Assembly (NCBI GenBank): GCA_038244715.1
Contig: JBBRTE010000015.1
Span: 38,956 to 102,955 of the forward strand
DNA length: 64,000 nucleotides
Reading direction: 5' to 3'
From: Thermoanaerobaculia bacterium
GTDB lineage: Bacteria; Acidobacteriota; Thermoanaerobaculia; Gp7-AA8
Shown: positions 55,891 to 64,000 of the stretch, piece by piece
How positions within the stretch are numbered: the stretch's first letter is position 1
How the letters are laid out: each line of letters starts with the position of its first letter
Translations under genes and position numbers: made by a program
The notes under the pieces: model-generated
The model's input: only the letters and a program-made list of their open reading frames with translations
The model's database searches: none
What the model was told of the DNA's origin: nothing

Positions 55891-58692
55891 CTAGTGTCTC
55901 GCCGCCCGTGTCCTTGGCGGAGCGATCGCGGTCACAAGACCGGCGTTGCTGTCGACCGGACTGCCGCAGGCGCCGGTGATGCGGACCCAGTACGAGGTGT
56001 TGCCGCTGATCGCGCCGGTGACGAACGTCGCCGAGTCGGTGCCGTACGGCTTGGACGTATCGCCCTTCGCGCCCTGGAACCATTGATAGTGCAGGCCGTT
56101 CCCGGCGCCCGTTACGTGGAGGGTGGCCGCAGTGCCGATGGGGGCGGTCGTGTTCGCCGGCTGCGTGGTAATGAATGGGCTCGAGCAGCCGATCGTGACG
56201 ATGGCCGTGTTGCTGTCGGCGCTCTGCACGCTGCTGCAGTTGTTCGTGACGCGCACCCAGTACTTCGCCGTGACGGAGGGCGATTGCGTCAGTGACGCGT
56301 TCGTGGCGCCGGTGATCGGATTGGCGGTGTCGCCCTTGTCGCCGACGAACCATTGGAAGGTGAACGGAGCCGTGCCTCCCGCGACGACGGTCAGCGTCAC
56401 CGGCGCGCCCGCGTTGATCGTCGTGCTTGCCGGTTGCGCGGCGATCGTCGGCGCCGTGCAGACTGTGCCGCTCACGAAGACGACGACGCTGGCGTCCTGG
56501 CTGCCGCAGGGGGCGGTCACGCGCACCCAGAAACCGGTCGTCACGGTGGGGGAAACGAGGGTGCTCTGCGTCGCCGCGATCGGCGTGGACGTATCGCCGA
56601 CGTTCCCGCGGTACCACTGGAACGTGAATGGTCCGGTTCCGTTCGTCGTCACGTTGAGCGTGGAGGACTGTCCGTTGTTGATCGTCGAGGGAGTGGCGAC
56701 GGGCGAGCCGGAGATGGGCGCGCAGGTCACGGTCACGGTCGTCGACGCGCTGTCAAACGCCGGCGCGCACTGGCCGTTGATGCGCACCCAGTACGAGGTG
56801 GTCGCTGCCGGCGTGACCGTCAGGAACGCGCTGTTGGCGCCGATCGGACTGCTGGTGTTTGGGGACGTGCCGATGTACCACTGATACGTAAACGGCCCCG
56901 TTCCCGTGGGGCTCACCGAGAGCGAGCTCGATTGTCCCTGCGGGATGGAGGACGGCGATGCGAAGGGCGCCGAGGCGGATGGCGGGACGCAGGCGGCAAC
57001 GGTCACGGTCGTCGTCGCGCTGTCGGAGTTTGGCGTGCAGGCTCCGAAGACGCGGACCGAGTATTGCGTCGTCACGGACGGCGAAACGGTGATGACGTTG
57101 TTGCTCGTCACGCCGCCGATCGGCGCGCCGGTCGACGGCGTTCCGCCGCTGAACCACTGATAGGTCAGCGGTCCGCTACCGGTGGCGTTTTCGGTGAGCG
57201 TGCTGGATTGTCCCGAAGCGATTGACGACGGCGATGCGAGCGGCGCCTGCGCTGAGGGAGGTGTGCAAGTCGTAACGGTCACCGTTGCCGGATTGCTGTT
57301 TAGAGGGGCGCCGCAGGCGGTTACTTGAACCCAATACGTCGTTGTACTTGGCGGCGTCACGGTCAATGACGATGACGTTCCGTTTGGAGCCGTCGTCGTT
57401 GTGGTGGGTGGGGTTCCGATGTACCACTGATACGCGGCGCTCGTGCCCGCAGCGGCTACTGTGAGCGTCGTCTGGCTTCCCGAGACAATCGACTTATTGG
57501 ACGGTTGGCCGGAAATCGTCGGAGCGAAGCAGTAGTCGAAGGTCGCCGATGGGGACGCCCAACGTGTGTTCGAAAGGTAATCCGCGGGAACGCCCGTACC
57601 GGTTTTGCCCGCGTATACGGTCCGGATGGCGTCGAGGTCCCATTGCTGCAAGATCAGAACATTGATGGTCGAGTTCATGATCGCGTTGCTGGTACAAAAC
57701 GACACGCATGGGTTGCCGAACGTGTCCTGGTCCGAATGGCGTAGACCCAACGTATGACCGAGCTCGTGGGTCATTACGGCGTTAAACGTTGACTGACTCA
57801 TGCTGAAGTTCTTTCCGACGACCACGTCTACCTCGCTGGTTGATCCGCTGGTCACGTCAGAAACGCCACCGGCAGCGGCAACACCCGGCGGAAGAAGGTT
57901 TGCCGGATCATTGAAAAGTACCGCCGTGATGTGGTCCAAGGTGCTGAGACCTCCGGTCGCGTTCGGGTTGGCAACACCGAGGCGGTAGTTCACGCCAGCG
58001 CCGGCGCCATTCCAGTTGCTTGTCGCAGCACTAATCGCACTCACTCCATCGAGACCGCCCGGGACTGCGGCGTCGGGTTTCGGTGCAAATCCGGACGCGA
58101 CGCGCAACGTTTGGTCTGACTGAAGAAAGTAGTCTGAACGTGCGGGCGCACCCGACTTGGCGCTTAGGGTCTTGACGAATGCCTCAAACGCGATTGCATC
58201 CCGCACTCTCTCAACGTGGGACGCATTTCCAATCTCATCCCAACCTGAGATCGCCTCACCGATTCCGCGAGTCAGGACCTGATCGCCGGAGGGATCGACG
58301 GAATATTGGAATTGCCCCAGGCCGAAACCGTAGGTGGCCCACCCGTCCGGCGTACGCCGCAGGAATACCAGGTATTGCTTACCAGCAGCGTAGCGCGGCG
58401 ATCCAGAGATGAAGGTAACCCTATTTCCTACTGCGCCACCGGCTTCGACGAGATCGATCGTTCGCTGGTTGCCAAAGTCCCCTTTGAAGACTTCGTCCAC
58501 GGCGAGCGTTGCAATCGTCACGACGCATCCGTCGCGCGTGATCTCAGAATGGGAGGTGACAGCCGTGGCGATGACGATTGCTTCCGACCGCATCACCAGA
58601 TCTCGATCGGTGGGAACGATGTACGTGGCGGCCTGCAGGGACGTGGCAGCAGCCAGGAACGACACAATCAACAAACGGACGTGGATTTTCAA
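55891..58692 (-). CDS. Secreted zinc metalloprotease (HExxHxxGxxH, matrixin/M10-like) followed by eight tandem Ig-like repeats
   Basis: Track ORF 55891..61218 (1775 aa) trimmed to the TTG at 58692, after which comes a canonical signal peptide (M)KIHVRLLIVSFLAAATSLQA. Catalytic motif VMTHELGHTLGLRHSDQ. C-terminal half has eight ~85-aa repeats, each with a [YF]QW[YF] motif and conserved Cys pair. Confidence 0.75.
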   Translation of the reverse strand: MKIHVRLLIVSFLAAATSLQAATYIVPTDRDLVMRSEAIVIATAVTSHSEITRDGCVVTIATLAVDEVFKGDFGNQRTIDLVEAGGAVGNRVTFISGSPRYAAGKQYLVFLRRTPDGWATYGFGLGQFQYSVDPSGDQVLTRGIGEAISGWDEIGNASHVERVRDAIAFEAFVKTLSAKSGAPARSDYFLQSDQTLRVASGFAPKPDAAVPGGLDGVSAISAATSNWNGAGAGVNYRLGVANPNATGGLSTLDHITAVLFNDPANLLPPGVAAAGGVSDVTSGSTSEVDVVVGKNFSMSQSTFNAVMTHELGHTLGLRHSDQDTFGNPCVSFCTSNAIMNSTINVLILQQWDLDAIRTVYAGKTGTGVPADYLSNTRWASPSATFDYCFAPTISGQPSNKSIVSGSQTTLTVAAAGTSAAYQWYIGTPPTTTTTAPNGTSSSLTVTPPSTTTYWVQVTACGAPLNSNPATVTVTTCTPPSAQAPLASPSSIASGQSSTLTENATGSGPLTYQWFSGGTPSTGAPIGGVTSNNVITVSPSVTTQYSVRVFGACTPNSDSATTTVTVAACVPPSASAPFASPSSIPQGQSSSLSVSPTGTGPFTYQWYIGTSPNTSSPIGANSAFLTVTPAATTSYWVRINGQCAPAFDSASTTVTVTCAPISGSPVATPSTINNGQSSTLNVTTNGTGPFTFQWYRGNVGDTSTPIAATQSTLVSPTVTTGFWVRVTAPCGSQDASVVVFVSGTVCTAPTIAAQPASTTINAGAPVTLTVVAGGTAPFTFQWFVGDKGDTANPITGATNASLTQSPSVTAKYWVRVTNNCSSVQSADSNTAIVTIGCSSPFITTQPANTTAPIGTAATLHVTGAGNGLHYQWFQGAKGDTSKPYGTDSATFVTGAISGNTSYWVRITGACGSPVDSNAGLVTAIAPPRTRAARH

Positions 58693-58697
58693 TGCGA

Positions 58698-58709
58698 TCT
58701 CTCTCTCTC
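58698..58709. repeat. (TC)6 dinucleotide repeat in the ribosome-binding region of the metalloprotease gene
   Basis: tctctctctctc lies 6-17 nt upstream of the TTG start; it reads (GA)6 on the mRNA. Confidence 0.8.
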
Positions 58710-58769
58710 GGCGAATGGGATGGGGGCAAGTTATTGTACACAATGCCCGGATCGCAGTGGTGTCCTGGA

Positions 58770-61142
58770 TCACACTGCGCTCGCGAGCATGCGCCGGCGC
58801 CGGATCCCCATTCCCAAGCCCCCACCACAGAGCAACACCAGTGTTGAGAGCGAGATGGCTCGTCCGCGCACGAAGCTGTCGGGCAGATAGGTCAACCGGA
58901 TGCTGTGTCCGCCAGGAGGCACATACACGCCGATGAAGGCGGTATTCGCGAAGAAGTGCTCGACGCGGCGGTCGTCGATGTAGACGCGCCATCCGTCCCA
59001 CCGCGGCTCGGTGATGACCACCCAGGAACCGGAGGCGGTTGCGGCATCGATGACGAGATCGCCCGATTCTCGCCGCACACCGGCGATCGTGCCGCCCTCG
59101 TTGGCGCGCTCGCCCGCGGCCAGCGGAGCTTCGATCCAGGCGCGCTGGTGGAAGTCCGACGCGGCCGTCATGGCTTTGATCGTCTCGTCGAACCCCGTGC
59201 CGAACACGACTCGCACCGGCACGAACGCGCGGGGAAAGACGCGCAAATTCTCCAGGAGCTCCGCACCACGCTGTGTGGCGACGACGCGCCAGCCGGCATC
59301 CGGCGGGATGTGCTCCGAGGCGATGGCGTAACGCACGTTGAGCATGGAGAGGAATGGTTTGGAGAGATCGTCGACACGGTTGAACCAGACCGGTTGATGC
59401 TTGCACCAGGCATCGTAGGTGGCGACATAGCGCGAGAAGGTCATCGCCTCGTATCCACGAACGTCTTCCAGTTCGTAGAGCGCACTCGATCCGGGGACGA
59501 GTGCATGCGCGCGTCCGACGATGCGGAACGGTGCGCCGCCGCGCGCGATCGCGCGCAGGATCGGAATCGGCGGATAGGCCCCATACGCCGGCAACGTCGG
59601 GTAGATGTCGCGGCCGGCCATCCACCGTTGTGCGGTGAGGAGCACGAGGATGGTCATGGCCATCGTCAGACCACGGGCCCGGACCAGCAACAGCACGATC
59701 GCCGCTACCCCGAGACAGAACAACTCGCCGAAGAGGGTGTAGACGCCCCACTCCTTGCTCAGCGCCACCTGCAGGCGTTCGATCAGGAAGAGGCTTCCCG
59801 CAAGGAGGAACGTCGCTCCCGCCAGCGCGTAGCCGAGTGTACGGTCGTGCGTGCGCAGGGCGTGTTCGAGGCCGAGAACCGCCAGGACGACGAGGGAAAA
59901 CGCGGCGGCGAAACAGAATCGCTCGTTGAGCGTGATGTCGAACAACGGCAGCTTCTGCAGAAGCGCCGCAAGCGGAGTCCATGCCGCCGCACAGAGGATT
60001 CCAAAGAGCGCCAGGGCCGCGAAAAACGCGACCTCGCGCCGGCGTACGCGGGCCAGCGCGTAGAGAGCCAGCGCGACGATGATGCTGCCGGCGGCCGAGG
60101 TCTCGAGAGGATTCCAGTGGGGACTCTTGTGCAGCCACCAGCCCCCGTGAAGGTGGGGGAAGAAGTCCATCAGGATCCGGGCACGGCTCTCGTCGGCGGA
60201 GACGCCGCGCGGGACGTCGCGGTAGCCGCCGGTGCGGAACTGCTGCTCCATCGTCTGCGGCGCCGCCTCGAGCATGGGCAGGAGGTAGATCGCCGACAGC
60301 AGCAACGCGATCGCTCCGGCGGCACCCGCGCCGAGAAGTACGCGCGGGACCGCGCGCCGCACGACGAGCAACTCGACGACGCCGTAGAGCGCTCCGCAGA
60401 AGACGATATGAAAGGCCGTCTCGGGATGGCCGGCCAGGAGCAGCAGCGTGAGCACGGTCATCAATGCCGTCGCCGTACGCAGACCCGGCTCGTGCACGCA
60501 ACGGCGCGTGGTGAAGAGCACGAGCGGCAGAAACGCCCACGAGCCCCCGAGAGACCAGAGGACGAAGAAGGCCATCGATCCCGAATACATCCAGCCCGCC
60601 GCCGCGCAGAGGGCCACGGATTCGCGGCAGCCGAGCTCCCGCGCGAAGAGAAACGCGCCGAGGCCAGCCAGGAAGAAGGTGAGCGCAGCGGTGAAAGTGA
60701 TGCTGTGCGCCACCGGCAGCAGACAGGCAATCCACGTGAAGGGCGAGTACGCCGCCGGCTGCGCCGCAGCCGCAAGCTGGGTCCCGGAGAGCATGAACGG
60801 ATTCCAGAGCGGCCATCGATGATGGGCGAGCGCGAACTGCACGGCTTTCCGCCACGGGATCATCTGCGCATAGAGATCGGAGAGCATCCCGTTGTGCGGG
60901 CGCGGCATTCCGAGAGGAACGCGCATGTCGCGCAACGGTTCGGTGAGGTAGGGAAGATCGACCGGCCCGAAAACGCCCCCCGTCAGAAGTGCCTTTCCCG
61001 TGATGCACAACGGCAGCAGCAACAGCACGATCGCAGCCCCCCGCGAAACGGGCGTCAGCGTCCGCCGCGCGAGCCAGAGCAGGAGCACCGCCGTGATGAC
61101 GTACAGCAGGAATGACATGGGTCGCGGAGTGTACCTGCTCAC
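58770..61142 (-). CDS. Large polytopic membrane protein, YfhO/GT-C-like (putative glycosyltransferase)
   Basis: 790 aa. ~13 TM helices in the first ~520 aa and a C-terminal soluble domain. Topology resembles YfhO/ArnT-type GT-C enzymes. Confidence 0.6.
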   Translation of the reverse strand: MSRYTPRPMSFLLYVITAVLLLWLARRTLTPVSRGAAIVLLLLPLCITGKALLTGGVFGPVDLPYLTEPLRDMRVPLGMPRPHNGMLSDLYAQMIPWRKAVQFALAHHRWPLWNPFMLSGTQLAAAAQPAAYSPFTWIACLLPVAHSITFTAALTFFLAGLGAFLFARELGCRESVALCAAAGWMYSGSMAFFVLWSLGGSWAFLPLVLFTTRRCVHEPGLRTATALMTVLTLLLLAGHPETAFHIVFCGALYGVVELLVVRRAVPRVLLGAGAAGAIALLLSAIYLLPMLEAAPQTMEQQFRTGGYRDVPRGVSADESRARILMDFFPHLHGGWWLHKSPHWNPLETSAAGSIIVALALYALARVRRREVAFFAALALFGILCAAAWTPLAALLQKLPLFDITLNERFCFAAAFSLVVLAVLGLEHALRTHDRTLGYALAGATFLLAGSLFLIERLQVALSKEWGVYTLFGELFCLGVAAIVLLLVRARGLTMAMTILVLLTAQRWMAGRDIYPTLPAYGAYPPIPILRAIARGGAPFRIVGRAHALVPGSSALYELEDVRGYEAMTFSRYVATYDAWCKHQPVWFNRVDDLSKPFLSMLNVRYAIASEHIPPDAGWRVVATQRGAELLENLRVFPRAFVPVRVVFGTGFDETIKAMTAASDFHQRAWIEAPLAAGERANEGGTIAGVRRESGDLVIDAATASGSWVVITEPRWDGWRVYIDDRRVEHFFANTAFIGVYVPPGGHSIRLTYLPDSFVRGRAISLSTLVLLCGGGLGMGIRRRRMLASAV

Positions 61143-61272
61143 CGCGCAATCGGACGAAGTGACCGGTTGCTTTCAAGCCTCGCGTTCCAACGTCGCTTCG
61201 CACGAAACGACCAGTCATTCCGAGCCGGCGGAGCGGGCTTCCGGTGGGCGAACAACTGCGAGGAGCCCGCGA

Positions 61273-62571
61273 TCAAAACGGCTTCTCGAGCGACTCGGAC
61301 TGCGGCGTAAAGAGAGCTGCGCCATCCGCCGTGATGTGCATGTCATCCTCGAGCCGCACTCCGAACTCGCCGCGAATGTAGATGCCTGGCTCATTGCTGA
61401 ACGCCATTCCGGGCTGCGCTCGCAGCGACTTCTCCCAGCCGAACATGTTGTTCTTCACGAGGTACGGCCACTCGTGGCCGTCCATCCCGATGCCGTGTCC
61501 GAGGCGATGGGAAAAGTACTGGAAGCCGGGCCCGTAGCCGAAGCGGACGATGACCTCGCGTGCCGCGGCATCGATCGACTCGAGTGGCACGCCCGGCCGC
61601 GCGGCTTTCAACGCCGCGTCCTGCGCCTTGCGGACGATGCCGAACACCTTGTTCATCTTCTCCGTCGCCTTGCCCAGCACGAACGTCCGCGTGATGTCGG
61701 ACTGATAGCCCTCCACTGTGCAGCCGTCATCGACCATGATGATCGTGCCTTCGCGGATGGTCTGCGGCGTCGTCGATCCGTGCGGGAGGGCGGTGTATTC
61801 GCCGGTCTGCACGCTCGCCTCACCCGGGAACCCAACCCGTTTGTACGCAGCAGAGATCAGGCTCGAGACCTGGTTCTGCGTCATGCCGGGCTGAATGGCC
61901 TGATAAACCGCGTGGTAGACCTTGAGCGTGGCCGTGTTGGCAAGCTGCATCAGCTCTAGTTCGTGCGCATCCTTGATCATCCGGCAGCCGGCGGTGATCG
62001 GCGTACCGCTCACCACGCGCGCCTGCGGAGCGGCGGAGGCGATGCCGCTGCTCCAGACGAACTTCGCGTTCTCTTCGATGCCGATCGAGCCCGTGCGGAT
62101 CCCACGATCCTTGAGACCGCGGGCGACGAGCGCGTAGGGACTCTCATCTTCCTGCCACGTGCGCACGTCGGCGCGTCCGCCGCCGAAGGGTCCGAGGGCG
62201 ATCTGCTCGCGCGCGCGATCCTCTTCGAATGCGGGACAGACGACGAACGGCTCGCCCTTCGCGGGAATGACGCAGGCAAACAAGCGCTCGCCTCCCGACC
62301 AGCGGATGTTCGTGAAATAGAGGAGGGATGTGCCGCTGGTCAGCACGAGGGCATCGATCCTCCGAAGCGCCAAGAGCTGCCTAACCTTCTCGATGCGCGC
62401 ACGGCGTTCGTCGTTCGTGATCGGCCGCGCCTGGTCGCGCATCGACGTCAGCGCCGCGATCGATGCTGGAAGTGACGGCGTCGCGTCTGCCGGTCCGCGC
62501 TGCGCGAACGCGGGCATTTTCCACAGCGCCGCCAGCGCGGTCGTGGATCCGATGAATCTGCGGCGGTTCAT
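61273..62571 (-). CDS. M24-family Xaa-Pro aminopeptidase/prolidase with twin-arginine (Tat) signal
   Basis: MNRRRFIGSTTALAALW (RRxF Tat motif). Creatinase_N-like domain then the pita-bread catalytic domain with HGxGxxxHE (FSHRLGHGIGMDGHEWP). Confidence 0.8.
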   Translation of the reverse strand: MNRRRFIGSTTALAALWKMPAFAQRGPADATPSLPASIAALTSMRDQARPITNDERRARIEKVRQLLALRRIDALVLTSGTSLLYFTNIRWSGGERLFACVIPAKGEPFVVCPAFEEDRAREQIALGPFGGGRADVRTWQEDESPYALVARGLKDRGIRTGSIGIEENAKFVWSSGIASAAPQARVVSGTPITAGCRMIKDAHELELMQLANTATLKVYHAVYQAIQPGMTQNQVSSLISAAYKRVGFPGEASVQTGEYTALPHGSTTPQTIREGTIIMVDDGCTVEGYQSDITRTFVLGKATEKMNKVFGIVRKAQDAALKAARPGVPLESIDAAAREVIVRFGYGPGFQYFSHRLGHGIGMDGHEWPYLVKNNMFGWEKSLRAQPGMAFSNEPGIYIRGEFGVRLEDDMHITADGAALFTPQSESLEKPF

Positions 62572-62689
62572 ATCAGGCCTTCCTTTGAATCGGAATCTCG
62601 ACGCTCAGTTTATCGCGCGCGGGTGAGGGACAACGCACCTGCTCCGCTTCCACGTAAGATGAAGTCTCCTTAGGAACAACAGGAGCTCG

Positions 62690-64000
62690 ATGAACCTCTT
62701 TGATGCCGTAACGTTCCCTGCCGCGGTTCGGCGCATCCCGTTCCTCTTCGTTGGACTCGTCGCACTCGCCGGCGTTGCGCGCGGCGACGGCTTCCTGAAA
62801 CCGATCGGCGGTGACGGCGGCGGCCAGTTCATCGCACGCTGTCCGCCAGGCCAGAGCCTGGCCGGCGTCGAACTGCGCGCCGGCGACGACGTCGATGCCA
62901 TCCGTCCCGTCTGCGTGGTCGCATACGGAGCGAAGGAGACCAGCGTTCCTGCGCTCACGAACGGATCTGGGCTCGTACCCGTCAGTCCCGAGTCACCGGT
63001 GTTCAAGGCCCAGAAGGTGGCATCGGGCTGGTATGGCGGACCGGGTGGCGGGATCGTGCCGGTGATGTGTCCCGCGAGCACGCCGATCGTCATCGGGATG
63101 GACGTCGCGGCCGAGGGCAACAATACGGTCACCGTCAACAGCATCCATCTGTTCTGCGGACTGGCGGTGGCGACGCAGGTGACGGCATCTCTCCCTTCCG
63201 CGGTGTTCGATGGACCGACCCTCAATCAGCAACCCATCTTCGGCCTCGGCAACGGCCGCTCCGGTTCCCAGCGATGCCCGTCCGGCTCGATCGCCGTCGG
63301 CGTGCACGGTCGCGCGGGAACCTGGCTCGATTCGGTCGCGCTGATCTGCGACGTGCCGCACCTTAGCCCCAACCCGCACCCGAGCGTCGCGTTGGGCCGC
63401 GTCACCGGCACGGCTCCTGCCGGTCCTCCTATGTCGATCTGCGATCGCGCCAAAGCGGCGCGCGCACGAAACTCGCCCGCCGCTGCGTCGCTGGAAGAAC
63501 AGTGCCGTGCACAGAAGCCGTCCGTTTCCCTGGGACGCGTTGTCAGTACGGCACCTGCTGATGGACCGCCGGTATCGGTCTGCGACGCCGCAGCCGCGGC
63601 GCGCGACCGCAACTCCCCCACCGCCCCCGCACTCGCCGCGCGTTGCAAAGCGCTCGGCGGTCAACTTCCTGATGCCCCAGCCGGCTCCGATCCATCTCCC
63701 GACGAGCTTGCCGCAAAGGGCGAAGCGATCGCCGGGAGCCTTGCGCTCGCCGCGGACCTGCGCAATCGCCAGCCGGAAGGGCCGATCCGCCGCGGGTTCG
63801 ACATCGGCCTGGGCGCCGCGGAAGGGCAGACGGCGTGGGGTCCCGGCAAACAGAAGATCCTCAGTGGACTGACGGCCGGGGAACAGGAGGGCTTCAAGGT
63901 CGCGATCTCATTCGCGCTTGATCAGAATCGCAACGCGGACCTTGCGCTGGTCGGCGCAGCGATCGCGGAAGCCGATCCTGTGGTGGCTCAGGCGCGCGCG
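62690..64000 (+). CDS. Secreted Cys-rich repeat protein, 3' partial (runs off the window end)
   Basis: Not in the track (no stop). ATG 62690 preceded by an AGGAG RBS. Signal peptide MNLFDAVTFPAAVRRIPFLFVGLVALAGVARG. Three copies of a ~55-aa module (ARCPPGQSLAGVELRAGDDVDAIRPVC / VMCPASTPIVIGMDVAAEGNNTVTVNSIHLFC / QRCPSGSIAVGVHGRAGTWLDSVALIC). Two copies of SxCDxAxAARxRNSP...C. No stop through 64000. Confidence 0.55.
   Translation, partial: MNLFDAVTFPAAVRRIPFLFVGLVALAGVARGDGFLKPIGGDGGGQFIARCPPGQSLAGVELRAGDDVDAIRPVCVVAYGAKETSVPALTNGSGLVPVSPESPVFKAQKVASGWYGGPGGGIVPVMCPASTPIVIGMDVAAEGNNTVTVNSIHLFCGLAVATQVTASLPSAVFDGPTLNQQPIFGLGNGRSGSQRCPSGSIAVGVHGRAGTWLDSVALICDVPHLSPNPHPSVALGRVTGTAPAGPPMSICDRAKAARARNSPAAASLEEQCRAQKPSVSLGRVVSTAPADGPPVSVCDAAAAARDRNSPTAPALAARCKALGGQLPDAPAGSDPSPDELAAKGEAIAGSLALAADLRNRQPEGPIRRGFDIGLGAAEGQTAWGPGKQKILSGLTAGEQEGFKVAISFALDQNRNADLALVGAAIAEADPVVAQARA

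Noticed and set aside
55891-61218. Single 1775-aa ORF in the track spanning the metalloprotease and the upstream membrane protein
   Set aside because: The 5' 840 codons of that frame are antisense or out-of-frame junk relative to the clear 790-aa membrane-protein ORF (58770..61142). A canonical signal peptide begins at TTG 58692. Split into two genes.

Overview
High-GC bacterial chromosomal window, gene-dense on both strands, with 4-nt stop/start overlaps and frequent GTG/TTG starts. The supplied six-frame track is dominated by spurious antisense/overlapping ORFs typical of high-GC DNA; the calls below are the ORFs with recognisable protein-family signatures. The track also misses, because of in-frame TGA or window-edge truncation, two selenoprotein candidates, a his leader peptide and two window-edge partial genes (the two edge genes are cheA and the final secreted protein). 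Content in order: (1) a Che-like module (CheA HPt fragment, CheY, DUF4388/PATAN protein), then nusB-ribH, a lipoprotein and an amidase. (2) A long minus-strand gene string: gatA, gatC, GAF/HD-GYP phosphodiesterase, a SelW-like (Rdx) gene with in-frame UGA at the CxxU position, PP2C phosphatase, DnaJ-TPR, hypotheticals and a RodZ-like protein. (3) A ~28 kb polysaccharide/glycan locus (14.1-42.1 kb): O-antigen-ligase-like protein, epimerases, a WecA-like phosphotransferase fusion, a PEP-CTERM-type polysaccharide deacetylase, three SAM methyltransferases, two GT4 glycosyltransferases, Wzx flippase, secreted beta-helix protein, AsnB-like amidotransferase, fcl, gmd, UDP-sugar dehydrogenase, transaldolase-gmhB-gmhA-hddA heptose genes, galE-like, rmlA-like, rhomboid and DegT aminotransferase, mostly as one tightly overlapped minus-strand operon. 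(4) tyrS. (5) A complete his operon with a 6xHis-codon leader peptide plus terminator/attenuator, hisZ, hisG, two ~155-bp REP-like repeat copies inserted before hisD, then hisC, hisB, hisH, a hisA-hisF fusion and hisIE. (6) A tandem array of 83-bp palindromic repeats. (7) A secreted amidohydrolase, then a signal-peptide thioredoxin-like/TPR protein whose CxxC motif is UxxC (in-frame TGA), a secreted zinc metalloprotease with eight Ig-like repeats, a YfhO/GT-C-like membrane protein, a Tat-signal M24 aminopeptidase, and a 3'-partial secreted Cys-rich repeat protein. No rRNA, tRNA, CRISPR or transposase genes were recognised.
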